A DNA stretch of 64,000 nt from Longimicrobiales bacterium. GTDB taxonomy: Bacteria; Gemmatimonadota; Gemmatimonadetes; Longimicrobiales; Gaopeijiaceae. Positions within the stretch are counted from its first letter, which is position 1, and the number at the start of each line of letters is the position of its first letter. The notes under the pieces are model-generated. The model was not told where the DNA came from. It did no database searches and was given only the letters and a program-made list of their open reading frames with translations. Shown piece after piece: positions 50,510 to 60,472 of this stretch. The stretch is taken from NCBI GenBank assembly GCA_965219445.1, contig CBDCNQ010000005.1, positions 928,001 through 992,000 on the forward strand, in the 5' to 3' direction. The position numbers and the translations under genes were made by a program.

Positions 50510-50733
50510 TCGGGCGGGATCGAAACGATCCTGCGCTCCCGCTCCGCTGCGAAAGCCAGCGCTGCCCGGATGTCTTCGAGTTCCAGGTCCGGGAAATCCG
50601 CCAGTATTTCCGCTTCTGTCATCCCGGACGCCAAGTACTCGAGGATATCGTACACCGTGATCCGGAGCCCGCGAATGCACGGCTTCCCGCCCCTCTTCTC
50701 CGGCTCCAGGGTGATGCGATCAGAATAGTTCAT
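50506..50733 (-). CDS. DUF433 antitoxin
   Basis: GGKPCIRGLRITVYDIL, ILADFPDLELEDIRAAL. Confidence 0.9.
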   Translation of the reverse strand: MNYSDRITLEPEKRGGKPCIRGLRITVYDILEYLASGMTEAEILADFPDLELEDIRAALAFAAERERRIVSIPPE

Positions 50734-50819
50734 GCCCTAGAATACCCGTACGCCAGATCGGGGGTCAAATTTCCCCTCCGCTGGCATGGCTCCCTAGGAC
50801 CGCCGTCGAGCCTAGGGGC

Positions 50820-51085
50820 TCTTCCTCGGCTCTGAGCCGGTCCAAGTAGTCGGCCCAAGCTTGCATTGGGATCCCTGACCACGTGGGCCAACCGGTGCTC
50901 GATGAAGTCGGGCCGAGAGCCCAACATCTCGTCCAGAACGGTGCGTGCCACAGCACGGAAGCCATGCAGGGTCATTCGTTCCGGGGGGATGTACAGAGCC
51001 CGGCAGTCCCCTCGCAAGGTGGAGTCGTTCATCGGCCGCACACGGTGCGGATAGCGTACATTCGGGAAGACGTAGCGGATGCCCA
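50820..51085 (-). pseudogene. P4-like integrase C-terminal remnant
   Basis: YVFP, MTLHGFRAVARTVLDE, IEHRLAH, QAWADYLD. Confidence 0.8.
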
Positions 51086-51269
51086 GGCAGCAAGCGAGCA
51101 AACGGCCGCCAGCGTGGCAGGAGTTGACGCTCGACAACCGCCACCTGTCTAGGGGCGTCCTCGGCCGCCCCATAGATTCCCGTTCAGGAAGAGGGATTTA
51201 ATGAGGGAATGCGGTGGGACTGGTCAGTAATAAAGCCTTATATGACAATAAGTTACAATTGATTTAGCG

Positions 51270-51550
51270 CGTCTTGCGCCTTCGCGGCCGGGTCGGTCAG
51301 CGCCGCACGGGCAGCACTGACCGGGACGGGAGCGACCCCCCAGTCCGAGGGCCTGGTACGGGTTCGGACGCAGGTGTGTTTTCACACCCCTGCCCCCGTC
51401 CCTTGGGGTCGCTCCCGATCCATCAATCCCTACGCGGGAAGGCGGTTTGAGCGCCGCTTCGAGGCGGCGGATCACCCGTTCGCCGACCGGCCGGCCGTCT
51501 GGCAGCCGGGCATCACCGAGCAAGGCCGGGGTACCCCCGATGGCTCGGGC
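51270..51550 (+). repeat. Type A hairpin module and flank
   Basis: Hairpin 51328-51416; reverse complement of ~32185-32460. Confidence 0.85.
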
Positions 51551-51589
51551 CACAGCCCAAGCCGCCAAGTCCGGGACGCGCCCGTCCCA

Positions 51590-51770
51590 GGCGACCGTGG
51601 TGCAACCGCAAAGCAGCCAGCGACATACGGAACCGCTGGCGCGCACATCGCAACGGCGGTTCCGTGCACATGCACCTCGATGTCGATGTGCACGCGCGGT
51701 ACACCACCGACCCCCGGCGATCGGCGGTCAAGTTCCGCCCCCCGAGCCGCTCTCGACACGTCTGCAAAAC
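51590..51770 (-). repeat. Type B iteron module with wHTH gene 3' end
   Basis: GCGCACATC 51641, GTGCACATG 51664, ATGTGCAC 51686; aligns with 36130-36320. Confidence 0.75.
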
Positions 51771-51845
51771 AACCTGCCCATGATAGCGCCGGACTCGTGA
51801 ATCGGGAAGCGCCAGCGCGGTGGGTCATCGGCTCGGAGCGGGCTG

Positions 51846-51958
51846 AACGCCGGAAGGCCCGGCGCACGCGGAATCGCCCATCTGGCGAAGATGCCTTTTC
51901 AGCGCGAAGTTTCAGGCGTGCAGATCGTGCAGTCCATCATCGAGGAGGAATCGAATGA
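51846..51958 (+). pseudogene. Remnant of HTH/Xis-like gene
   Basis: NAGRPGA...EVSGVQIVQSIIE matches C-terminus of 1534..1980. Confidence 0.7.
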
Positions 51959-53118
51959 TGGCACGCACGAAACGAAGTCGGCACAGTTACGGTGCCGGCG
52001 AATGGAGCCGGAACCGGGTACGGGTGTTTCCCGATCCCAAGACCGGCCTGTTCCAGATCGAGTGGCGCGAGGACGGGCGTAGGCTCAGCCGGTCGCTCAA
52101 GCATCGGGACTGGGTGCGGGCGAAGAGGCAGGCGGACGAGTTCGCCGCGGGCTTCGCCGGGCCGGAGCTGAACGGCAAAGCGGAAGCCGAGCCCGAGCCG
52201 CTCACGCTGGAGAAGCTTTTTGACATCTACGGTGAAGAGGTGACGCCCACCAAGGGCAGGCATTCGCGGCAGCACGACAGGGCCGCGATGCGGATGTTCC
52301 TCGGGTTTCTCGGACGGAACCGCGACCCGGCGACGCTGTCGCAGCGCGACTGGGATCGGTTCATCCGGGCGCGGCGAGAGGGAAGCGTCGGACTCAGTGG
52401 GAGGCCGGTGTCCGACCGGACCGTCGAATACGACCTGAGGTTCCTGATCGCGATCTTCAACTGGGCGGCGAAGTCGAAGGACGAGCAGGGCCGCCCGCTC
52501 CTCGGCTCGAACCCGCTGAGGGGCCTCAAGACGCCCACTGAGAAGAACCCGACACGGGTCGTCCTTTCCGAGGAGGAGTACCAGGCGCTTCTCCGGGTGT
52601 CCCGCCAGGTCAACTGGCGGTTTCATCTGGCCCTCGTGCTCGCGCACGAGACGGGACACCGGATCGGTGCCGTCCGCCAGCTTCGGTGGTCCGACATTGA
52701 CCTTGAAGGTGGAATCATCCGGTGGCGCGCGGAGCATGAGAAGTCGGGCTACGAACACCGGACGCCCGTGACCCCCGAGGCAATCGAGGTTCTGAACGCA
52801 GCGCGAAGGAGGAATCCCGGGACCGCGAACGCGCCCGTGCTGCCCGCGACCAGGAATCCCTCGACGTGCGTGAGCTTCCCGCAGGTCCGCTTCTGGTGGA
52901 AGCGAGCCGAGAAGCTTGCCGGTCTGGAGCCCAAGCACGGCAGGGGCTGGCACTCGCTGAGGCGGAAGTTCGCCTCCGACCTCATGGACCAGCCGCTCAA
53001 GGTGCTTTGCCAGCTTGGCGGCTGGAAAACGGCCAAGACGGTGCTCCGGTGCTACCAGCACGCCGACGAGGACCAGCTCAGGAACGCGCTCGACAACCGC
53101 CGCAGAGTTCGGGCCTGA
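51955..53118 (+). CDS. Tyrosine recombinase/integrase, paralogue of 374..1537
   Basis: Same length (387 aa) and catalytic motifs. Confidence 0.92.
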   Translation: MMARTKRSRHSYGAGEWSRNRVRVFPDPKTGLFQIEWREDGRRLSRSLKHRDWVRAKRQADEFAAGFAGPELNGKAEAEPEPLTLEKLFDIYGEEVTPTKGRHSRQHDRAAMRMFLGFLGRNRDPATLSQRDWDRFIRARREGSVGLSGRPVSDRTVEYDLRFLIAIFNWAAKSKDEQGRPLLGSNPLRGLKTPTEKNPTRVVLSEEEYQALLRVSRQVNWRFHLALVLAHETGHRIGAVRQLRWSDIDLEGGIIRWRAEHEKSGYEHRTPVTPEAIEVLNAARRRNPGTANAPVLPATRNPSTCVSFPQVRFWWKRAEKLAGLEPKHGRGWHSLRRKFASDLMDQPLKVLCQLGGWKTAKTVLRCYQHADEDQLRNALDNRRRVRA

Positions 53119-53157
53119 ACCCAATTAGCGGGAATCAATTGGCGGGAATCCGGCACG

Positions 53158-54493
53158 TCACGCTCGTAAGTTCAATGCGAGCAAAAGGATGCACATCTGC
53201 CACCGCATGCCCGCAAGGCCTTCGTCAACTGCTGTTCTAACGCGGTCATAGAGCTCCTTCACTCGTTCGATAGCTTCACGGCCGGCCGAGTGTCCACGGT
53301 CCAAGGCGGATAGGCGAGCGCGCCGGCCGGCAGCACCACGAACCGCTCCCCCTCGATCTCCCGAAGCGCGATTCCCCAGGTGGTCGCCTCGAGCCGCGCC
53401 AGGGTCTGGCGTGCCTCCCCGATATCCAGGTCGAGGGCGGCGGCCGTCTCGATCCGGGCCTGGATGCGCGTCGACAGCCAGTGCAGCGTCGCCCAGCTCC
53501 CGCCGCAGATGCCGAGCCAGAGGCTCAGGCCGACTACCAGGGGCCGGAGCCAGGCCTTGAGCAGGAGCGCGCGCATCCGCCCGGTCGCCACCGCCGTATC
53601 GCGTTCGATGGTACGTAGCGCGTTGCTCGCAACGCGCCTGGAGTTCGCGCCGAGCCGCTCGAGCTCGCTCGCGGTCAATTCCTCGATCGCCTGGCGTTCG
53701 CTCTCCAGCCGTCTGCGCAATCGCTCGGTCAAGTCGTTCGCGTTTGAAGTCATGTGCGTACACCTCTCCTTTCAGACGCCACCGGTCCCCCGTCGTGGGA
53801 TCCAGGGCCGTCAGGTAGTCCTGGCCCTGGCGCGGCACCTCCAGGCCCGCCTCCCGCAGGGCGGCGACGATATCGGCCCTATTCCGTACCGTGCCGTGCT
53901 CGACACGCTGGAGCAGGTAGTCGCGGATCAGGTCGCGGGGGGCGGGCTCGAGCGCGAGGCCGGCTCGCAGGTGCGCCGCCTCGACGTAGGCGCGGTGCCC
54001 GGGTTGCTGCACGCGCGCCCGCGCCGGGTCATCCGGCCGGCTCCAGCCCTCCTCGGCGTTGAAGGCGTCGCGGAGCGGGTCGAATGTCTTCTGCCAGCCC
54101 GGCGGCGCGATGTTGAGGCTCCGGCCGGTCTCCAGGTCGCATCGCGCGGCGAGGACATGCACGTGAACGCCTCCGTCGCGCTCCCGATGCACCACGGCCG
54201 CCCAGGCGTAGCGGTCGGGCTCGAGCCCCGCCCAGGCCGTCTGTTCGAAGGCATCGATGACCGCGCCGATCTGCACGTCAGTGGGAGTGTCGTCCGGTGC
54301 CCAGGCGATCACGCCCGAGGTGTACTTGTGCTCGAACGCCAGCGCGTCGGCCACCGCGGCCACCCGATGGGGATCCCCCTGGAGGACCTCCACGCCCGCG
54401 CGCAGTTGCCCCGTCCGCGTCCCGCACCCCGAGGAGGTAATCGGCCGCCTCCCGGGCCGAGCCCGTTCCGCGGGCCAAGAACTTAATGTGCAT
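53158..54493 (-). pseudogene. ColE1/MbeA-like (MOB_P) relaxase, +1 frameshift near 54415, altered 3' end
   Basis: MHIKFLARGTGSA...DYLL, KYTSGVIAW, VHRERDGGVHVH; extra base versus the 38.4-kb homologue. Confidence 0.8.
53259..53753 (-). CDS. MbeB-like mobilization protein nested in the relaxase gene
   Basis: GGAGAGG RBS, coiled coil + TM; followed by truncated MbeD-like start MTALEQQLTKAL at 53249. Confidence 0.65.
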   Translation of the reverse strand: MTSNANDLTERLRRRLESERQAIEELTASELERLGANSRRVASNALRTIERDTAVATGRMRALLLKAWLRPLVVGLSLWLGICGGSWATLHWLSTRIQARIETAAALDLDIGEARQTLARLEATTWGIALREIEGERFVVLPAGALAYPPWTVDTRPAVKLSNE

Positions 54494-54824
54494 CGGCGTC
54501 GGGGCGGACGACGGGGGCCAGTGTCCTAAGCGGCCGCTCGATGGCGACCAGGTGGGCGACGATCTCGACGGCCTCGGCGTTCGCTTTGAAGGTATTGGCC
54601 CAGCGGGCGATCTGGTTCAGGTTCGCCCCGATCCGCGCCAGCTCGCGGGTGCGCTCTCGCTCCACCTCGGCATGCGCCACGGTCCAGGGGCGCACCCGGC
54701 CCACCGACCGGCGCACCAGATCCGACAGCGTCAACCCTGCGGAGCGCGCCTTCGCGTGCCACTCGGCACGCTCCGCCTCGCTGGCGCGGATCTTCACCCA
54801 CACGTCGCGTCCAGCGCCCCTCAT
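54483..54824 (-). CDS. mobC: MobC relaxosome protein
   Basis: RHH-like N-terminus, LARIGANLNQIARWAN. Confidence 0.9.
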   Translation of the reverse strand: MRGAGRDVWVKIRASEAERAEWHAKARSAGLTLSDLVRRSVGRVRPWTVAHAEVERERTRELARIGANLNQIARWANTFKANAEAVEIVAHLVAIERPLRTLAPVVRPDADAH

Positions 54825-54829
54825 GTGCC

Positions 54830-54927
54830 GTTGCCGTTGGGGGGGTCAGAGGGGGCACAGCCCCCCGCCAGCCCCTGCCGGGGACCCGCGAAGCGTGGCC
54901 CCAAAGGGTAGGCTGGCTCTCCCGCCG
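54830..54927. other. oriT candidate
   Basis: Upstream of mobC, conserved at 30810-30910; GGCTGGCT resembles the CTGG/CTTA nic. Confidence 0.55.
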
Positions 54928-55394
54928 TAGCGGCCAAACTCGCCCGCCGACGCTCGGAAGCCTGGGCCGTCAGAATCTCCATACCCGTATATTGAGGAGC
55001 CCGCCTTATGCGGTGTCAACAACGGGCAAAAAGGCGATGTCCCAGGTGTTCCAGCGACGTACTAGAGGCGGACCGGGCTCCGCCAACGGACGCGTGAAGT
55101 ACACCGAGGGAGCCGCGCAAAGCTGTGGCGACTCCTAGCAGCCCGCGGAGGAAAGGGTCGCCAAGCTGCCGTTGCTGGGAGTGACCCGAACGGCTACCGC
55201 TGCATACGGGCTCGGGCGCCCCGGCGCCGCGTACCCGCTGGGGAGCGGGATAGGGAACGACGTTCTGAACGCATCGTGGCGGATCAGCCCCGGTGTTAGC
55301 TGTCCGAATGAGAAGGCCGCCGCACTACCGTGTGAACCGACCGCATCTGGGATCGCCAATTGTCATTTGACAGGCGACGGACTAGAATTCCGCA

Positions 55395-55673
55395 GTGATT
55401 GCATCGTTCCGCCACCGGGGGCTGAAGGCGCTCTATGAGGGAAGGACGGCACAGCGAGTCGCGCCGGAGCATGTAGGCAGGTTGCGGGACATCCTGGCGG
55501 CACTCGATTTCAGCCGGGGGCCGGAGGGCATGAGTCTGCCGGGGTTCCGGTTACACGCACTCAAGGGGCCGCTGAAGGGGCACTACGCGGTTTCGGTATC
55601 CGGCAACTGGCGCGTGACCTTCCGGTTCGAGGACGGCGCGGCGGTCGATGTGAACTACGTGGATTATCACTGA
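55395..55673 (+). CDS. higB: HigB (RelE-family) toxin
   Basis: SFRHRGLK, LHALKG, SVSGNWRVTFRF, VDYH. Confidence 0.93.
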   Translation: MIASFRHRGLKALYEGRTAQRVAPEHVGRLRDILAALDFSRGPEGMSLPGFRLHALKGPLKGHYAVSVSGNWRVTFRFEDGAAVDVNYVDYH

Positions 55674-55686
55674 GGAGGAGCTGATC

Positions 55687-55974
55687 ATGGCGATGCACAA
55701 CCCTCCGCATCCGGGCGGTATCGTGAAGCGGCAATGCCTCGAACCCCTGGGTCTGACCGTGACCCGTGCTGCCGAAGGGTTGGGCGTTACCCGGCAGGCG
55801 CTTTCGGAGTTGGTGAACGAGCGCACGGGGGTTTCGGTAGAGATGGCGATACGGCTGTCTAAGGCCTTCGGCTCGACGCCCGAGACCTGGCTGGGGATGC
55901 AGATGGCCTACGATCTTTGGCAGGCCCGCGGCCGCGCCGAGGAGATCGCGGTGGAGAGTTTTGTGGCGGCGTGA
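55687..55974 (+). CDS. higA: HigA antitoxin
   Basis: MHNPPHPG, HTH, MAIRLSKAFG, WLGMQMAYDL. Confidence 0.93.
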   Translation: MAMHNPPHPGGIVKRQCLEPLGLTVTRAAEGLGVTRQALSELVNERTGVSVEMAIRLSKAFGSTPETWLGMQMAYDLWQARGRAEEIAVESFVAA

Positions 55975-56167
55975 TCCAGCCACTTGCTCGCGAAGCAGCG
56001 TCGTCACCTCAAGGCCGGCCGTCGTCGTGGCCGTCTCGAGATTCGTCAGCTTCTCCTCCAGGGGCCCAACTCCCCGCCCCCTTCGTCCGTCTCACGAACA
56101 GCCCCAGCACCCGACTCTCGAAGAATCCTTGAGCTCCTGAAACAACCCCAAAAGAGAATGCATTCCC

Positions 56168-58964
56168 GTGCCACTGACTCCTGAACAGCTAGCCCGCGAG
56201 GAGATCGACGAGCAGCTCGAAGCCTGCGGATGGGTGGTTCAGGACTTCACGTCCATGAACATCCATGCGGGGCTCGGCGTGGCTGTTCGGGAGTATCCGC
56301 TCAGGTGGAAGGAAGGCGCGAAGACCTGCACTGGGTCCGCCGACTACCTGCTCTACGCCGACGGACGCGCGATCGGGGTCGTCGAGGCGAAGCCGGCAGG
56401 GTATCCGCTGAGAGGCGTCGAACCCCAGTCCAAACGGTACACCGAGGGTCTCCCCGAGGGGATCCCGAACTACCGGTTGCCCCTACCGTTCGCGTATGAG
56501 TCGACGGGCAAGATCACCCACTTCACGAACGGCCTAGACCCCGACCACCGGAGCCGAGAAGTCTTCACGTTCCACAGTCCGGAGGAGCTGAAGCGGTTGG
56601 TAGAGCTCCAGTGCCAACTGCGCAGCAACCTGCGCGAGATGCCGGTGCTGGAGCCTGGGCGGCTATGGCCGGTCCAACGCGAAGCCATCACGAACCTAGA
56701 GCGGTCCCTTGCGGCAAACCGCCCGCGCGCACTCATCCAGATGGCCACCGGGAGCGGCAAGACCTACACGGCGTGCTCGTTTTGCTACCGCCTCATCAAG
56801 TTTGGAAAGGCAAAGCGGATCCTATTCCTGGTGGACCGCAACAACCTGGCCCGACAGACGCTGAACGAGTTCCAGCAGTTCGTCAGCCCCCAGACGAACG
56901 ACTCTTTCACAAACGAATACGTCGTTCAGCACCTAAGAGGCAACGCCATCGACCCCGCTAGCAAGGTGATCATCACGACGATCCAGCGGCTGTACGCAAT
57001 CCTGAGGGGCGACGAAGAGTTCGAGGCGGAGCGCGAGGAGGGCTCGATGTTCGAGTCGGGCAGCCCTGCGACGAAAGACCCTGTGCCCGTGGAGTACAGC
57101 CCGAGCGTGCCCATCGAGACCTTCGACTTCGTTGTAGTGGACGAGTGTCACCGCTCGATCTACAACGTCTGGCGCCAGGTGCTCGACTACTTCGACGCCT
57201 TCACCATCGGCCTTACAGCGACGCCGACGCCCCAGACCATTGGCTTTTTCAAGAACAACGTCGTGCAGGACTATTCGCACGAACGAGCAGTAGCCGATGG
57301 GGTGAACGTTGGATACTCGGTGTACCGCATCGATACGAAAATCACGCAGCAGGGCGGCCGGATCAGTGCTCGCACCTACGTGCCGCATCGAGATAGGCGC
57401 ACGAAGGAGCGGACGCTTAAGGAACTGGAGGATGACCTCACCTATAGCTCGACCCAACTCGACCGCGATGTGGTCGCCGAAGATCAGATTCGACTTGTCG
57501 TACGAACCTTCAGGGACCGGCTTCCGACTGAGATTTTCCCCGGTCGCACTGAAGTCCCCAAAGACACTCGTCTTCGCCAAGACCGACAACCATGCCGAGG
57601 ATATCGTCAATATCATCCGAGAGGAGTTCGGCAAGGGCAACGAGTTCTGCCAGAAGATCACGAGTAAGACAACGGGTGTCGCGCCCGAGGACCTGCTGGC
57701 CCAATTCAGAAACTCGTTCAACCCGCGCATCGCGGTTACGGTGGACATGATCGCGACGGGCACGGATGTGAAGGCATTGGAGTGCCTGCTCTTCATGCGG
57801 AATATCAGGTCGCTCTCGTACTTTGAGCAGATGAAGGGCCGAGGGGTACGCATCATCAATCCCAACGACCTTCAGAGCGTGACGCCCGACGCGAAGCAGA
57901 AGACGCACTTTGTGGTTGTGGATGCGGTTGGCGTCTGTGAGAACGACAAGTCGTTGTCGAAGCCGTTCGATCGGCAGCCGACTGTCGGGCTTGACAAAAT
58001 CCTCCAGCAGGTTGCCCAAGGGATCGTCCACGCTGACATCGTCTCGACCCTAGCGTCTCGGCTGACACGGCTCGACAGGCAGATAGGAGACGAGCAGCGA
58101 TCCGAGATAGCGGAGCAGGCGGACGGCAGCGAACCGGGGACGCTCGCAGCCAATCTCCTCGCCAGTATCGATCCTGACCGAACGCGAGAGCTGACCGTAC
58201 GGAAGTTCGATCTGACCGAGGAACAGGCGCCAACTGAGAAGCAGCTCGCCAAGGTCGAACGCGAGGAGATGACGGAGGCGTTGAAGCCGTTCCATCGGTC
58301 TGAGCTGCGTGACACGATCCTGAACGTCCGACGGATCCTCGAACAGGTCATCGACGAGCTCACCCAGGACGAATTGATACGGGCTGAGTATGATCAGGCC
58401 GCTCTCGACGACGCCCGCTCGAAGCTCGCCAACTTCAGGCAGTTCATCGAGGATAACAAAGACGAGATCGAAGCCCTCCAGATCCTCTACTCTCGGCCGT
58501 ATCGTGCTGGTCTGCGATACCGACACGTCAAGAAACTGGCTGAGGAACTGAAGAAGCCGCCACTGTCCCTGCACGACCCTATCAACCAGCTCTGGTCCAT
58601 GTACACCGCCGTAGAGCCCCAGAGCGTGACAGGGGCAAGAGGGAACGCCCTCGTCGACCTTGTGGCCATCATAAAGCACGCGATCACACCCGAGCAGCCC
58701 CTCGAGCCTGTCGCTGAGACAGTTGAATCGCGGTATCGGGAGTGGAGAGGGGAGAAGGAGGCGACAGGCTTAGTCTTTACGCCCGAGCAGGGACTCTGGT
58801 TAGACGCCATCAAGGACCACATCGCGAATGCTCTGAGCATCGAGCAGGACGACTTCCAAGAGGTGCCCTTCAGTCAGATGGGTGGGCTCGGGAAGGCGCA
58901 CCAGGTCTTCGGTGCCCAGCTCACAGTCGTGCTGGGTGAGTTGAACGAGAGGTTGGCTGCGTGA
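56168..58964 (+). pseudogene. hsdR: Type I restriction subunit HsdR (EcoAI/EcoEI-like), single frameshift near 57560
   Basis: ADY...EAK, MATGSGKT, DECH, GLTATP, TGTD, QMKGRG; CCCCAAAGAC has one extra base relative to PKTLVFAK. Confidence 0.88.
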
Positions 58965-60472
58965 GTCAGACTGCCTCCGTTCCCAGCCGCTGGGTATCCT
59001 TGGCTCTTGAGGAAGCCGTCGATATCCATGACAATCTCCGCGAGCCCGTCAACTCAAAAGAGCGCTCCACGCGCCAGGGGGAGTACCCATACTACGGGGC
59101 AACAGGTCAAGTTGACTGGATTGACGGTTACAAGTGTGACGGGGAGTACGTCCTACTTGGCGAAGACGGTGCTCCCTTCCTCGATCCGTCCCGGCCGACA
59201 GCCTACCTGGTGCGTGGGAGATTCTGGGTCAATAACCACGCACATATCCTCAAGGGCAAGAATGGCCTTTTGGAGAATCGGTTTCTCCTTCACCTGTTGA
59301 ATTCTCTCAACTATCGCCACTACGTCAGTGGTACAACCCGACTAAAGTTGACCCAGGGGTCGATGCGGAAGCTGCCCCTTGTCCTCCCTTCCATCCAAGA
59401 GCAGCACCGCATCGTCGCGAAGCTCGATGAACTGTTCTCCGAACTCAATGCGGGCGTTGCGGCACTGGAGCGCGCCCAGGCAACGCTGAAGCGCTACCGT
59501 GCATCGGTGCTCAAGGCAGCGGTCGAAGGGAAGCTGACGGAGCAGTGGAGACGGAACAATCCGCCCGATGAGACGGGCGAGGAGCTATTAAAGAGGATTC
59601 TGGTTGAGCGGAGAAGGCGTTGGGAGGAAGAGCAGCTTGCCAAATTCAAGGCGAAAGGGCAGAACCCGCCGAAGAACTGGCAGCAGAAGTACAAGGAACC
59701 CGTGGGGCCAAACACAACTGAGCTACCCGAGCTGCCCGAAGGGTGGTGCTGGGCGACGGTGGATCAGGTGGGGAACGTAGCGAGCGGTATTACAAAGGGT
59801 GGCAAGAAGCGTGACGTGACCCGTCGGGCTGTTCCCTATCTTCGCGTAGCCAACGTGCAGAGGGGTCGCCTCGACCTGAGAGTGGTCAAGACTATTTTGG
59901 CTTCGGACGACGAGATTCGCCGGTATTCTTTAGAGTCGGGCGATGTGCTCTTCAATGAAGGTGGAGATCGGGACAAACTCGGACGTGGTTGCGTGTGGTG
60001 TGGAGACCTGTTGGAGTGTCTACATCAGAATCATGTCTTCCGCGTGAGGCCGTTCCTTCGGGACTATTCCTCGGAATTCCTCTCGCACTACGGCAATTCG
60101 ACCGGACGAGAATGGTTCTATCGACGGGCGACACAGTCCGTGAACCTAGCCTCGATCAATCAAACCGTTCTCCGATCGCTTCCTGTTCCACTTCCACCGC
60201 TTCAGGAACAGAAACACGTAGTCAGGCGTCTCGCTGACATTCTGCGGAGTGTGGAATTCGCTGGCACAGGGCTCATCCGCCAACTGAACCACGCTGCTTG
60301 CCTCCGTCACTCCATCCTCAAGCGTGCGTTCGAGGGCCGCCTCGTCCCACAAGACCCTACTGACGAGCCCGCTTCCGTCCTTCTCGAGCGCATTCCGGCC
60401 GACAAGCAAGCCAGTCGGAGCATGCGCCCTCCCACAAAGCCGAATGGGAAGAGGAGGAACCAAGTCCCGTGA
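58961..60472 (+). CDS. hsdS: Type I specificity subunit
   Basis: Two TRDs, LPSIQEQHRIV and LPPLQEQ conserved regions, AFEGRLVPQDP. Confidence 0.93.
   Translation: MSQTASVPSRWVSLALEEAVDIHDNLREPVNSKERSTRQGEYPYYGATGQVDWIDGYKCDGEYVLLGEDGAPFLDPSRPTAYLVRGRFWVNNHAHILKGKNGLLENRFLLHLLNSLNYRHYVSGTTRLKLTQGSMRKLPLVLPSIQEQHRIVAKLDELFSELNAGVAALERAQATLKRYRASVLKAAVEGKLTEQWRRNNPPDETGEELLKRILVERRRRWEEEQLAKFKAKGQNPPKNWQQKYKEPVGPNTTELPELPEGWCWATVDQVGNVASGITKGGKKRDVTRRAVPYLRVANVQRGRLDLRVVKTILASDDEIRRYSLESGDVLFNEGGDRDKLGRGCVWCGDLLECLHQNHVFRVRPFLRDYSSEFLSHYGNSTGREWFYRRATQSVNLASINQTVLRSLPVPLPPLQEQKHVVRRLADILRSVEFAGTGLIRQLNHAACLRHSILKRAFEGRLVPQDPTDEPASVLLERIPADKQASRSMRPPTKPNGKRRNQVP

Larger units (their letters stand above)
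51231..53191 (+). mobile_element. Minimal ~1.95-kb integrative element (origin-like modules + xis remnant + integrase)
   Basis: TAAA-N17-GTTA at 51231-51255 and TAAG-N17-GATG at 53167-53191 bracket the unit. Confidence 0.5.

Noticed and set aside
299..53200. CACATCTGC direct repeat at 299 and 53192 as a target duplication of one 53-kb composite element
   Set aside because: Only 9 bp, at different offsets from the conserved cores, and the outer flanks do not rejoin into one gene.
51209..53208. ATGCGGTGG/CCACCGCAT as terminal inverted repeats
   Set aside because: 9 bp, asymmetric spacing to the cores and no DDE transposase; it does roughly coincide with the mbeD truncation but is not sufficient.
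57555..57563. Programmed -1 frameshift in hsdR
   Set aside because: The downstream frame needs +1, and the heptamer is out of phase.
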